Position numbers and translations under genes: made by a program
The notes under the pieces: generated by a model
Database searches by the model: none
Told to the model about the DNA's origin: nothing
The model's input: only the letters and a program-made list of their open reading frames with translations
Shown here: piece after piece, positions 28,180 to 37,514 of the stretch
How positions within the stretch are numbered: position 1 is the stretch's first letter
Layout of the letters: every line of letters starts with the position of its first letter
Virus record (IMG/VR): IMGVR_UViG_3300014039_000006
From: a virus
Direction: 5' to 3' (one strand)
Length of the DNA: 64,000 nucleotides

Positions 28180-29544
28180 ATGAATTGTGTCGCATATATG
28201 CGTGTTTCAACGGAGAAACAAGCAGAAGAAGGAAATGGATTGGATAGTCAAAAACGGGATATCGAAATATATTGTCGCAAAAATGAGTTGATTATATCCG
28301 ATTGGTATATTGATGACGGATATACAGGAGCGAATACCGATAGACCGGCTTTGCAAAGGCTGATTACGGATTGTTCAAAACACAGGATAAAATGCATAGT
28401 TGCTTTTAAACTGGACAGGCTTTCACGTAGCATGGTTGATGGAATATACTTGATAGAGAGAGTTTTCATGCCAAATCAAGTAGAATTTAAGTGCGTGCAT
28501 GACAGTGTAAGCTATGATAGTCCTATGGAACAAGCATACACACAAATGATGGCTGTATTTGCACAACTTGATAAAAACACGATGCTGTTGAGAATGCGCG
28601 GAGGAATGCTTGAAAGAGTAAAAAAAGGATATTGGATGGGCGGTGGAAATACACCTTATTGTTACCGATATGATACTGAATCCGGTACACTGATTCCGAT
28701 ACCTGAAAGAGCAGAACAGGCAAGGCAAGCGTTAGAAATGTTCATAAACGGATATTCTGATGAACAAATAATGAAAATGTTTGGATATAAAAGCGAATTT
28801 GTTGTCAGAAGAATACTTACCGGAGTTGTAAACATTGGGATGATACCGTACAAAGGAGAGGTTTTTCAAGGACTTCACGAACCTATCTTTGATAAAAGCC
28901 GGTTTGAACTTGCACAGGAAATAAGAAAGTCCAGAAGAATAACAAGGACAAAATGCTTTGACCGAGAAACAAATTTGCTTACTGGATTATGTTATTGTGG
29001 CGTGTGCGGTTGCAAAATGAGATACCAGAAATGGACTCATGGAAAGCACAGGATTTATTGCTGTTCCAGAAACAAGGATTTAAACTATCTTCCGAACTGG
29101 TCTGAAAATTGCGATAATTCTCTTGTGTGGGCGATTGATATTGAGAAGCAAGTTGAAAAAGAGATACTGAAAATATCCGTTAATCTTTCAAAAAGCAAGC
29201 CAAAAGAGAAGAAAAGTAAACTTGAAATCATGGAATCACAGCTTGATAAAGAGAAAGTAAAGTTAAAAAGGCTTTATTCTTTATACGCAGACGGAAACGA
29301 CACCGTTCTTGACATGATTAAAGACCTAGAACTGAAAATTGATGGGATGAAGATGAAAATAACAGAAGAAGCCAAAAGTCCGTTGAATACACAGAAGAAA
29401 GAGTTTGTTTATGAAAATATAAAAAACCTTGCCGATATGTGGGGTCACATTGACAAGGCTAAGAAAAACTCTATATTAAAAAGCATAATATCTAAAATTG
29501 TAATTGTCAATGATGATATTGAAATACAATTAAAAAACTTTTAG
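28180..29544 (+). CDS. large serine recombinase (integrase)
   Basis: AYMRVSTEKQ catalytic-Ser motif, a recombinase domain, a Cys-rich zinc ribbon (CYCGVCGC...YCCS) and a coiled-coil C-terminus. Confidence 0.9.
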   Translation: MNCVAYMRVSTEKQAEEGNGLDSQKRDIEIYCRKNELIISDWYIDDGYTGANTDRPALQRLITDCSKHRIKCIVAFKLDRLSRSMVDGIYLIERVFMPNQVEFKCVHDSVSYDSPMEQAYTQMMAVFAQLDKNTMLLRMRGGMLERVKKGYWMGGGNTPYCYRYDTESGTLIPIPERAEQARQALEMFINGYSDEQIMKMFGYKSEFVVRRILTGVVNIGMIPYKGEVFQGLHEPIFDKSRFELAQEIRKSRRITRTKCFDRETNLLTGLCYCGVCGCKMRYQKWTHGKHRIYCCSRNKDLNYLPNWSENCDNSLVWAIDIEKQVEKEILKISVNLSKSKPKEKKSKLEIMESQLDKEKVKLKRLYSLYADGNDTVLDMIKDLELKIDGMKMKITEEAKSPLNTQKKEFVYENIKNLADMWGHIDKAKKNSILKSIISKIVIVNDDIEIQLKNF

Positions 29545-29864
29545 AACGTAACGCCATAACGATAGCATTGCGTAGAGATATACTGTTAGCAGAAGCATAG
29601 TGCAAGTCCTACGGCGAATAGTCTCTGCTAATTTGATGCCGCATATATCACGGTTTTAAGCCATTTTTGAAAAATAAATGTCGCTAAAGTGTCGCTTTTA
29701 TGTCACTTTTGGCGTCTTTTTTTATGCAAAAATTTAGACATAAGGAGACGAAAACATGTTATTTAATTTCAGTTCAGTAGACTCTCCGGAACAACCACTT
29801 TTTCTTACACAAGATGAAACGGATATTTTGGTAGAATCAGAAAAACTTGATAGGAGGTCAGACC

Positions 29865-30365
29865 ATGCAACCGTATGTAAACCCGAACTACTTTAATGCT
29901 CAACCTCAATATGGAGTTGGCAATTATTATTCGTATCAACCGCAGAGAATTAATCCGGCAGAACAGAATTATGCTTCTTATTCTCCACAGATGCAGACCG
30001 GTCCCATTCAGCAAAATCAAGGCATTCACGGAAAATTTATCCAGATGCCGGAAAACATTGTTGCTAATGATGTGCCTATGGACGGATCCGTTGCCATTTT
30101 CCCTATGCAAGATATGAGCAGCATCTTTGTTAAAAGTTGGGGAGCAGACGGCAAAATCGCTACGGTCGTTTTTAAGCCTGTTTTGAACGATAGCACTAAC
30201 AATTTACTGTTCGATGCAGAAAAAGCGAAATTTGACCTATCAGACGAAGCCACAGCGGTATTTATGAAACGCTTTGATGAACTGGAACAGAAGATTGAGC
30301 AGTTAAAAACTTCGCAGACGCAAAAGAAAACTTCAACTTCGCAGAGAAAGGATGATTCAGAATGA
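29865..30365 (+). CDS. hypothetical Q/N/Y/P-rich protein
   Basis: MQPYVNPNYFNAQPQYGVGNYYSYQPQ.. low-complexity N-terminus. AGGAGG RBS. Confidence 0.55.
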   Translation: MQPYVNPNYFNAQPQYGVGNYYSYQPQRINPAEQNYASYSPQMQTGPIQQNQGIHGKFIQMPENIVANDVPMDGSVAIFPMQDMSSIFVKSWGADGKIATVVFKPVLNDSTNNLLFDAEKAKFDLSDEATAVFMKRFDELEQKIEQLKTSQTQKKTSTSQRKDDSE

Positions 30366-30601
30366 TGGGTATAAATCCAATGCAGCTTATGCAGATGTTT
30401 AAGGGAAATCCACAACAGGCTATGCAACAGCTTATGGGTAATAGTCAGATCATGTCCAACCCAACAGCTAAAAACGCTTTGAATATGGCTCAAAAAGGAG
30501 ATTTCAAAGGAATAGAGCAGATAGCAAGAAATATGTGCAAAGAAAACGGTGTAAATCCGGAAGAAATGTACAACAACGTAAAAAGTCGTTTTGGTATGTA
30601 G
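30362..30601 (+). CDS. hypothetical Q/M/N-rich small protein
   Basis: 79 aa, overlap-coupled. Confidence 0.5.
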   Translation: MMGINPMQLMQMFKGNPQQAMQQLMGNSQIMSNPTAKNALNMAQKGDFKGIEQIARNMCKENGVNPEEMYNNVKSRFGM

Positions 30602-30668
30602 CATATTAGAGGTGCGCGCAAATCTTAAGACCTCTTTATGAAATAATTTTATTAAGGAGGACAATAAT

Positions 30669-31466
30669 ATGTTCGAATCAAACACACCCTTTACAATGCC
30701 CGTAATGCCTGCTACCGGTGGCTATGATAACGGTGGAGCATGGGGAGACGGCGGATGGTTATGGATCATCGTTGTGTTTGCCTTACTCTTTGGCTGGGGA
30801 AATAACGGCTGGGGAGGATTCGGCGGTGGCAACGGTGGCGGTTATGTCGCAACGGCAGCTACACAAGCAGACATTCAGCGTGGATTCGATAATTCCGCAG
30901 TAATCTCAAAACTTGACGGTATTACAAACGGATTATGTGATGGTTTCTATGCAGTAAATAATGGTATGCTTACCGGGTTTAATGGAATCAACACAAACAT
31001 CTTGCAGACCGGATACGGAATCCAACAGGCAATCAACGCAGACACAATAGCCAATATGCAGAACACAAACGCCTTACAGGCTCAACTTGCAAACTGTTGC
31101 TGTGAAACCCGTGAAGCTATTCAGGGAGTAAACTACAACATGGCACAGAATACCTGTGCATTGCAGAACACCATGAACAGTAACACGAGAGACATTATTG
31201 ACAGCCAGAACGCAGGAACCCGTGCGATCTTAGACTATTTGTGTCAGGAAAAGATCTCTTCCTTACAGGCAGAGAATAACGATCTCCGCAGAGCAGCTTC
31301 ACAGGATCGTCAGAGCGCATTACTCACTACTGCAATGTCTGCACAGACAAACCAGATTATTGATGCGATCCGTCCGACACCTGTTCCGGCATTCCCGGCA
31401 TCTAACCTTTACGGATATTCCGCATACAACGGATATGGATGTAATAGCGGTTGCGGTTGCGCATAA
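30669..31466 (+). CDS. hypothetical G/W-rich membrane-anchored protein with N/Q/T-rich repeats and Cys clusters
   Basis: GAWGDGGWLWIIVVFALLFGWGNNGWGGFGGGNGGG, then ..CCCETREAIQ.., ending CNSGCGCA. Confidence 0.55.
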   Translation: MFESNTPFTMPVMPATGGYDNGGAWGDGGWLWIIVVFALLFGWGNNGWGGFGGGNGGGYVATAATQADIQRGFDNSAVISKLDGITNGLCDGFYAVNNGMLTGFNGINTNILQTGYGIQQAINADTIANMQNTNALQAQLANCCCETREAIQGVNYNMAQNTCALQNTMNSNTRDIIDSQNAGTRAILDYLCQEKISSLQAENNDLRRAASQDRQSALLTTAMSAQTNQIIDAIRPTPVPAFPASNLYGYSAYNGYGCNSGCGCA

Positions 31467-31693
31467 TGGGTGACAACAACAACGGTTGGTCTTTTCTTGA
31501 TATGCTTACCGTGTTTTCGGTCTTACTGCAAATGATGGGTTATCAAAGCGACCAGAAGCAAGCGTCCAATGACGATATTTTGAGAGAGTTGCAAAGACAG
31601 AACATGGATTATCTGGAAAAGATCACGGCACAACAAAAGAAAATCATGGAAATTTTATCTGAAATAAAGTCAGATTTCGCCAATAATGGCTGA
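31466..31693 (+). CDS. hypothetical small protein
   Basis: TAATG overlap with the upstream gene. One hydrophobic helix. Confidence 0.5.
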   Translation: MGDNNNGWSFLDMLTVFSVLLQMMGYQSDQKQASNDDILRELQRQNMDYLEKITAQQKKIMEILSEIKSDFANNG

Positions 31694-31750
31694 TAACAAA
31701 GGGGTAGGCGAAAGTCTACCCCTTATTTTAATAACAGGAGGTAAAAATTT

Positions 31751-32179
31751 ATGGCTTGCAGAAATGTATGTAAATTGTGCGACAATCTTATCATTTCCCA
31801 GTCGGTCACGTTTACAGACGGAAACCTTATCATCAATCTTCCAGCCGGAAGTTATGCAAACGGAAAGAAAGCCTGCATCGTTGTAGCGCAGGCAATTCCG
31901 GATGCAACAACGATTAATGCTCCGGTGTACATTACCATCGGAACAGGAACGGTGCTTTATCCACTTACAAAGCGTAATTGCCGACAGGTAACAGCTTGTG
32001 GATTAAGAACACGGACAAGATACAGTACTTGCGTAGAAACCACACCTACAGGCGGTTTATTCCGACTTCTCGGAGATCCTTGCTGTTCTCCAAATAACAA
32101 TCTTACATCAATTAATGGAACAGCTCCGGTTGCGCCGACAAATGATGTACAGACTCAAAGTGTGAAAGGAGTGAAGTAG
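31751..32179 (+). CDS. hypothetical Cys-rich protein
   Basis: 142 aa: MACRNVCKLCDN...GDPCCSPNNN. GGAGG RBS. Confidence 0.55.
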   Translation: MACRNVCKLCDNLIISQSVTFTDGNLIINLPAGSYANGKKACIVVAQAIPDATTINAPVYITIGTGTVLYPLTKRNCRQVTACGLRTRTRYSTCVETTPTGGLFRLLGDPCCSPNNNLTSINGTAPVAPTNDVQTQSVKGVK

Positions 32180-32180
32180 T

Positions 32181-32867
32181 ATGCATATCAAAAGAATCCA
32201 TGAAATGTTAGAGTGTCTTACCGAAGTAGCAAAGACACAGCTTGATAAAGGAGCCAGTTGCGTAAACACGGACGAAATGGGTAAGGTGGTAGACATGATT
32301 AAGGATCTTACCGAAGCGGAGTATCATGCCCTTATCGCAAAGTCCATGGAAGAATACGAAGAAGAGGAAAAGGAAGCCGAGAAATTCCGTCTGCATCTTT
32401 TTGAGGAAAGGTTTGGAGAAGATGAAGGAAGAAGATTTTACGACCATTACAGATACGCTAATGGAAGATTCGCACCTAAAGGATCCGGAACATATAGACG
32501 TAATTATACTCCTTATCTTGGCAGTTCTTCTTTCATGCCTGAATGGGACGAAAACGAACCCATGTCCCAAAGAAGAATGAGGGACATGGACAGGCACGAC
32601 GGAAGAATGTATTATACCGAACCGTCTTATCAGAGTAATAGCCGTGAATACAGTGAAAGCCGATATGACAAGGCAAGACGTATGTACACGGAAAGCAAGG
32701 AAATGCATAAGGCGAATACACAGACCGATAAAGACCAGAAGATGAAAGACCTTGAAAACTATTTCAAGGAGATTTCCGAGGACTTAACCGATGTGATTTC
32801 TGACGCTACGGCAGAGGAAAAAGCCATGTTGAGAACAAAATTAACCGGACTTGCCGGAAGAATTTAG
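32181..32867 (+). CDS. hypothetical charged (E/R/K/Y-rich) protein
   Basis: 228-aa ORF, tightly coupled. Confidence 0.55.
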   Translation: MHIKRIHEMLECLTEVAKTQLDKGASCVNTDEMGKVVDMIKDLTEAEYHALIAKSMEEYEEEEKEAEKFRLHLFEERFGEDEGRRFYDHYRYANGRFAPKGSGTYRRNYTPYLGSSSFMPEWDENEPMSQRRMRDMDRHDGRMYYTEPSYQSNSREYSESRYDKARRMYTESKEMHKANTQTDKDQKMKDLENYFKEISEDLTDVISDATAEEKAMLRTKLTGLAGRI

Positions 32868-33001
32868 ATGATAGGGGCAGAAATGCCCCTATTCCTGTAC
32901 ATTGACAACTAAATAGTGGCTAGTGATTAAGGCGTCTAAAGTTGATTAATTTTATCGAATATGGTAGAATTTTCCCATCATAAAAGAGAGGGGATATACA
33001 T

Positions 33002-34351
33002 ATGAAGATTTGTCCTAAATGCAGTTCATTTGCAAATGATGATTCAAATTTCTGTCCAAGATGTGGATCTAACCTTGATACCAATATTCCGGTTTCTAAT
33101 CATTCACAATTAAGAACGGAGAAAAACAAGAATAAAGTGTCTGCATCTGCAATAGTAGCTACTGTTATAGGAACTATTGCTTTGTGCCTGTACTTTAGTT
33201 ATTTTTCATTATTTGTTGGAACGGTAGGTATAATTGTTGGAATTATTGCGATTGCGCTATCAAGATCGGATAGGAGCAGATTTATTTCAATAATCGGAAT
33301 TTCATTTTCAGTATTGGCTTTTATTACATTCTTTGCCTTTCAAAGAGAACAGGCTAATAATGAAAAACCAAATGAACAAAAAGAAGAAATTGCCGTTGAA
33401 ACACCTAGTCCGACCGTTGAACCGACAGAAGCACCTATAAACTATAAAGAAGTTTTTCTCTATGATTTGATTTTGAATAGTACATCGTATGTAAATCAAT
33501 ATGTGGAAACTTCATTTTCCATACATTATTGTTATCCAAAAGAAAATGATGGATTAACGGAAATTGCGAGTGAATATACGGATTATGACTTAACCGGAGA
33601 AATGGATAATATTTTTATTTATCTTGACGGGTTAGTGGAGTATGAAATGGATCAGTATATTACTGTCCGAGGAAGGTTTGTATACAAAGATTCTAGATAC
33701 TGTATTATTGATGCCGAGGTTACCGACATTGGTTCGCAATCCGAGAAGAGTTTTCAAGACGGTCTCATCATTTACACGCATTACCGGAACGAGGAATTAC
33801 AGGCAAGCAAGGAAAGTTTTATTGCAAGTTGTGTGGAAGTGTCCTATGATGATCTTTTGCGTTATCCGGAAACCTATCAAGATGTGCCGATTAAACTCAC
33901 CATAGTTGCATCTGATGTAAAAGCAGACGGTTGGATTTTCAAGGGAGATATTCTTGCGGAGTATCAAGGCGGCGACTTGATTGTGTTTGACGATCGAGAA
34001 GTCCGTGAGCCGAGACTTGTTAACGGAGATAAGGTGACCGTTTATGCGACAGGTGACGGACTTGGAAAGATGAAGATAAAAGAGGATCGTTTCATATACG
34101 AAAAGACCGTAGATGATTACAACGTACCGCAGATAAGCATTAAGTACACGGAGTGGGATAAAGCGTTTACGGAAATGGATAGCAGTTCAAAGGCAAGCGA
34201 CGACGGCGACCTCTATGATGAAGGTAAGCGTGCCGGAGATGACCTTGCAGAAACACTAGGAGAAATTGATTGGGACGAAAACAAGGAAGATGCGAGAGAA
34301 GCCGGAGAAGAACTTGCGGAATACATAAACGAAATAATAGGTGCAGAATAA
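33002..34351 (+). CDS. zinc-ribbon membrane protein with extracytoplasmic domain
   Basis: CPKCSSF..CPRCGS, about three TM helices, a globular domain and an acidic tail. Confidence 0.65.
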   Translation: MKICPKCSSFANDDSNFCPRCGSNLDTNIPVSNHSQLRTEKNKNKVSASAIVATVIGTIALCLYFSYFSLFVGTVGIIVGIIAIALSRSDRSRFISIIGISFSVLAFITFFAFQREQANNEKPNEQKEEIAVETPSPTVEPTEAPINYKEVFLYDLILNSTSYVNQYVETSFSIHYCYPKENDGLTEIASEYTDYDLTGEMDNIFIYLDGLVEYEMDQYITVRGRFVYKDSRYCIIDAEVTDIGSQSEKSFQDGLIIYTHYRNEELQASKESFIASCVEVSYDDLLRYPETYQDVPIKLTIVASDVKADGWIFKGDILAEYQGGDLIVFDDREVREPRLVNGDKVTVYATGDGLGKMKIKEDRFIYEKTVDDYNVPQISIKYTEWDKAFTEMDSSSKASDDGDLYDEGKRAGDDLAETLGEIDWDENKEDAREAGEELAEYINEIIGAE

Positions 34352-34357
34352 GGGAAT

Positions 34358-34392
34358 TGGGGCGGTTTAATCCGCTCCTTTTCTTTTTTTTA
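34358..34392 (+). terminator. rho-independent terminator
   Basis: GGGGCGG-tttaat-CCGCTCC followed by a T-run. Confidence 0.7.
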
Positions 34393-34401
34393 AATTTGTG
34401 C

Positions 34402-34443
34402 TTGACTTTTTGTAGCGACAGTATTATATTTACTGTAGCGACA
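34402..34443 (+). promoter_or_regulatory. promoter with duplicated operator
   Basis: TTGACT-17 nt-TATATT. TGTAGCGACA occurs at 34411 and 34434. Confidence 0.6.
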
Positions 34444-34464
34444 AAAAAGAAATGAGGTGAGAAG

Positions 34465-34644
34465 GTGTCGCCAGAAAGAGGAAGACCAAAATTAGACAAT
34501 AAAAAAGACACTATGCTTAGAGTTCGTATTGATGATGATGTAGTTAAGAAATTGGAAATCGCTTCAAATAACTTGAACATAACGAAGTCTGATGTTGTTA
34601 GAAATGGTATAGAAAGTGAATACCAAAGGTCATTAAAAAAATAA
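34465..34644 (+). CDS. ribbon-helix-helix (CopG/Arc-like) small regulator
   Basis: GTG start after GAGGTGAG. ..DTMLRVRIDDDVVKKLEIASNNLNITKSDVVRNGI.. Not in the ORF track. Confidence 0.45.
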   Translation: MSPERGRPKLDNKKDTMLRVRIDDDVVKKLEIASNNLNITKSDVVRNGIESEYQRSLKK

Positions 34645-34767
34645 AGTGTTGCTCCGCTACCAACGACAACAACACTTTAAGAACCGAGATTTCTCTCATG
34701 TGAAATATTCTATCACACGGGAAAATCTCTTTCAAGTAAATTTTAATTTTTGAAAGGTGGTAGAATA

Positions 34768-35007
34768 ATGAATAAGTTTCTTGAAATTATTTACATGAAC
34801 CAGATTATGGACAAGGACTGGGGCAAATGCGAAGAGAACTTCGCAAAGTTCACGAACAGGCTGAAAGAAATCGTAAGCGAAGAGATTTTCGAGGAGTTAG
34901 ACGAACTTCTCACGGACTGCATCACCGAAAACAACGCCATGTATGCCGTAGACGGTATGAAGCTTGCAATCGGCGTTCTTGACGGAACGTTCATTCCGAA
35001 AGCGTAG
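34768..35007 (+). CDS. hypothetical protein
   Basis: 79-aa ORF with an AAGGTGG RBS. Confidence 0.5.
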   Translation: MNKFLEIIYMNQIMDKDWGKCEENFAKFTNRLKEIVSEEIFEELDELLTDCITENNAMYAVDGMKLAIGVLDGTFIPKA

Positions 35008-35019
35008 GAGGTGACCACT

Positions 35020-35157
35020 ATGAAAAATTCTTACACAATGGTTACCATTCCACAAGAAAGATACGATCGCATGGTGGAATCCTACGACAAGGCACTGAAA
35101 GAACTGGAAGAACTTCGGAAGGAGTTGGAACAGTTCAAGAAGGGCGGTGCTTGCTGA
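35020..35157 (+). CDS. hypothetical small coiled-coil protein
   Basis: 45 aa with an AGGAGG RBS. Not in the ORF track. Confidence 0.4.
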   Translation: MKNSYTMVTIPQERYDRMVESYDKALKELEELRKELEQFKKGGAC

Positions 35158-35846
35158 TGAATGAACTTGTAAACATTGAGGGAACGGATTTAAGAATTCG
35201 CGAGTGGAACGGTCAAAGAGTGGTTACGTTTAATGATATTGATGAAGTTCACGGAAAAAGGCCAGGAACTTCGAGAAGAAACTTCAACAGATATAAGCAA
35301 TATTTTGTTCAAGGTGAAGATTTCTTTTCTCTGACAAGAGAATGTTCTAATGAGACAAATTGTCCCAATAGAAACATTAAAATACCAAACAAAGGTATTG
35401 TGGTGTTGACAGAAAGCGGTTATTTGATGATAACAAAGACTTTCAATGATGAACTTTCTTGGAAAGTACAACGATCTTTGGTCGAAGTTTATTTTCATTG
35501 CAAGGGATTACAGGAAGAAGTTGATCCAGAAACCGATGATGCGGACATTGACTTGATCGAGGAAAAACCGCAAGTGCCACTTATCAAAGGGTGGCACAAC
35601 CGGAACAAGGGCAGACTTGCAAGGATTCAGAGCCGTACCGGACTCACATTGACAAGGATTTACCATTGCATCCTTAAGAATGTCGGCGAAAAATACGACC
35701 TCAAGGAAGCAAACAATATGTACAAGAAATGCACCGGAAAAGAACCGGAATACGCAATGGACATTGTAGAATACTTTCCGGAACTTGCGGAAGCTGCCGA
35801 CAGGTATCTGGACGGCGTAGAACGAGCATTGAACGCAAGGAGGTAG
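35157..35846 (+). CDS. ORF6N/antirepressor-like DNA-binding protein
   Basis: LRIREWNGQRVVTFNDIDEVHGKRPGTSRRNFNRYKQYFVQGEDFF fits the ORF6N pattern. Confidence 0.65.
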   Translation: MNELVNIEGTDLRIREWNGQRVVTFNDIDEVHGKRPGTSRRNFNRYKQYFVQGEDFFSLTRECSNETNCPNRNIKIPNKGIVVLTESGYLMITKTFNDELSWKVQRSLVEVYFHCKGLQEEVDPETDDADIDLIEEKPQVPLIKGWHNRNKGRLARIQSRTGLTLTRIYHCILKNVGEKYDLKEANNMYKKCTGKEPEYAMDIVEYFPELAEAADRYLDGVERALNARR

Positions 35847-35853
35847 AGAAACG

Positions 35854-36135
35854 ATGACGGAACCTAAAATATTGAACCATTGCCCGTTATGCGGTGCAAA
35901 CATGAAATACATGGCAATCAGACAATATGGGGAAGTGCATGAAATCACTTCAAGAGGTCACATCAAAGCTAATTCAAGAAGAGAAAGCATAGATTCAGTT
36001 AACACAAACTATCTGATCTGTTGTAGTGACGAATGTAATTTTATAGCGGAAAATCTTCTGTCTGAAGATCACCCAGAAATCAAGATTTTTAAAGAAAGAG
36101 GTACATTTTATTATACCGTGGAGGACAAGGAATGA
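35854..36135 (+). CDS. hypothetical zinc-ribbon protein
   Basis: CPLCGAN...CCSDECNF. Confidence 0.5.
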   Translation: MTEPKILNHCPLCGANMKYMAIRQYGEVHEITSRGHIKANSRRESIDSVNTNYLICCSDECNFIAENLLSEDHPEIKIFKERGTFYYTVEDKE

Positions 36136-36452
36136 GAAAGAAATATCAGGATTTTCTGCTTGAAGCACTGGACTTACTGGACTGCATACCTCCGGCAGAG
36201 GAAGATCGACCGCCGGAAATGGTAGCCAGAGATTACAGTAACGCCGTGTTTCTTATGCAGAGAATGAGACAGTATGTAGATGCCATGAACAGGATCGAAC
36301 CGAAGATTTTGCATGAAAGAAAGTACCGTGACGGAAGATACAACCTTGAAGAAATCACCGGAATGTTTAACAAGTACGGGGAAGAAGCAGAAAAGGAAAT
36401 GATCCGGTACAAGGCTTTCATCAATCAGAGAAAAGCGGAGAACTGGAGATAA
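36132..36452 (+). CDS. hypothetical protein
   Basis: 106-aa ORF, overlap-coupled. Confidence 0.5.
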   Translation: MRKKYQDFLLEALDLLDCIPPAEEDRPPEMVARDYSNAVFLMQRMRQYVDAMNRIEPKILHERKYRDGRYNLEEITGMFNKYGEEAEKEMIRYKAFINQRKAENWR

Positions 36453-36513
36453 CAGTAAAGACCACTAGCCATTATTGGTTGGTGGTTTTTATTTTGACAA
36501 AAGGAGGTAGCAG

Positions 36514-36837
36514 ATGTATTTTACAGTGAACAATAATACGTGGGTGCTGAAATTCGTAAACCCACAGAGCAAAGACTTACAGAGAAGCGACGGAACTTAC
36601 ACGTTTGGAGTCACGGACAACTCCGTGAAAACCGTCTTTATCATGTGCGGAATGTCACCGGAAATGACGGAAAGAGTGCTATGCCACGAGATCACACACG
36701 TTTTCTGCTTTGAGAACGGTATTTCTATTCCGATTGAACTGGAAGAACGACTATGTAACTTCATGGCTGATTATGGGAAAGAAATCATTTATCTGTTGGA
36801 CGATTTGTTGAAAAACATTGAGAGGATCGCAATATAA
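36514..36837 (+). CDS. minimal HExxH metallopeptidase-like protein
   Basis: VLCHEITHVF. Paralog-like to 53618-53983. Confidence 0.5.
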   Translation: MYFTVNNNTWVLKFVNPQSKDLQRSDGTYTFGVTDNSVKTVFIMCGMSPEMTERVLCHEITHVFCFENGISIPIELEERLCNFMADYGKEIIYLLDDLLKNIERIAI

Positions 36838-36933
36838 GTAAAAATCGTAGTAATCGCGTACTAATGATTTTTGAGATTTTCCGTGAAAACCGATTTTCAA
36901 AAATCTCGGGAAAAACGCCAAAAAAAGATGTCA

Positions 36934-37174
36934 CCCCAAAAAAGTCCGGGAGAAAAAAATTTCTTTCTTCCTCCCGGCTCCCTTCGCCCAACTCTAACGG
37001 CAATGCGATTATTTATATTGTACCCATACCGACTACACACCGGCGAAACTCCGGCATCATACCGGCATTAATACGGCGGCGGTTGTGTGCGCTACTGCCT
37101 ACGCTGAAATCCGCACACGGCGTTAGAGGGGCACAATCAGACCATACAAGCATAAATATATTATGGTATGGTAC
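36934..37174 (-). ncRNA. stand-alone structured RNA candidate (about 240 nt)
   Basis: Minus-strand TTGACA (37209-37204)-17 nt-TATTAT (37186-37181). Long-range helices GUACCAUACC/GGUAUGGGUAC, CUCUAACG/CGUUAGAG and GUGUGCG/CGCACAC. Terminator CCGGGAG..CUCCCGG followed by a U-run. No credible ORF. Confidence 0.5.
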
Positions 37175-37270
37175 AATGCCATAATAAAGCCTATTAGCGG
37201 CGTTGTCAAGGTGCATTCTGATCCGTATTGTGTCAACCTGTCTACTTTAAAAGTGACAAAATAACACTTT

Positions 37271-37312
37271 TAACCACAATATATAGCAATCCCGGATCGC
37301 AAGATATTGTAT
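37271..37312 (+). repeat. 42-bp direct repeat, copy B
   Basis: 39/42 identical to 26238-26279. Confidence 0.8.
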
Positions 37313-37325
37313 AATTTTGAATAAA

Positions 37326-37369
37326 ACCACCGCCCGGAATCGAACCGGGCAAGCACTCAATACGGTGGC
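37326..37369 (-). ncRNA. acceptor/T-arm minihelix (tRNA-like) 1
   Basis: GCCACCG-13 nt-CCCGG-UUCGAUU-CCGGG-CGGUGGU, then UUUAUU. Perfect tRNA T-loop consensus. No D or anticodon arm. Confidence 0.45.
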
Positions 37370-37482
37370 TAACGCTCAAGTTCAAAGATCGCCCAGCGCA
37401 AAGCTGCGACCGCTTCCGTGTCGTTTTCTTTCTCTGCACGCTCCAACAGGGTGTATAAGGTGTCTATCTTTTTGTTTTCCAT
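37369..37482 (-). CDS. hypothetical 37-aa ORF
   Basis: AAGGAG RBS. MENKKIDTLYTLLERAEKENDTEAVAALRWAIFELER. The TAG stop overlaps minihelix 1. Confidence 0.3.
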   Translation of the reverse strand: MENKKIDTLYTLLERAEKENDTEAVAALRWAIFELER

Positions 37483-37514
37483 AGTTGCATACTCCTTTCT
37501 TTTATTTTTGTATA

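Noticed and set aside
36864-37439. Track ORFs 36864-37184(+), 36871-37071(+), 37013-37216(-), 37242-37439(-)
   Set aside because: They have no RBS and implausible R/P/S-rich composition. The region is better explained by a promoter, a structured RNA and a terminator, plus the 42-bp repeat.
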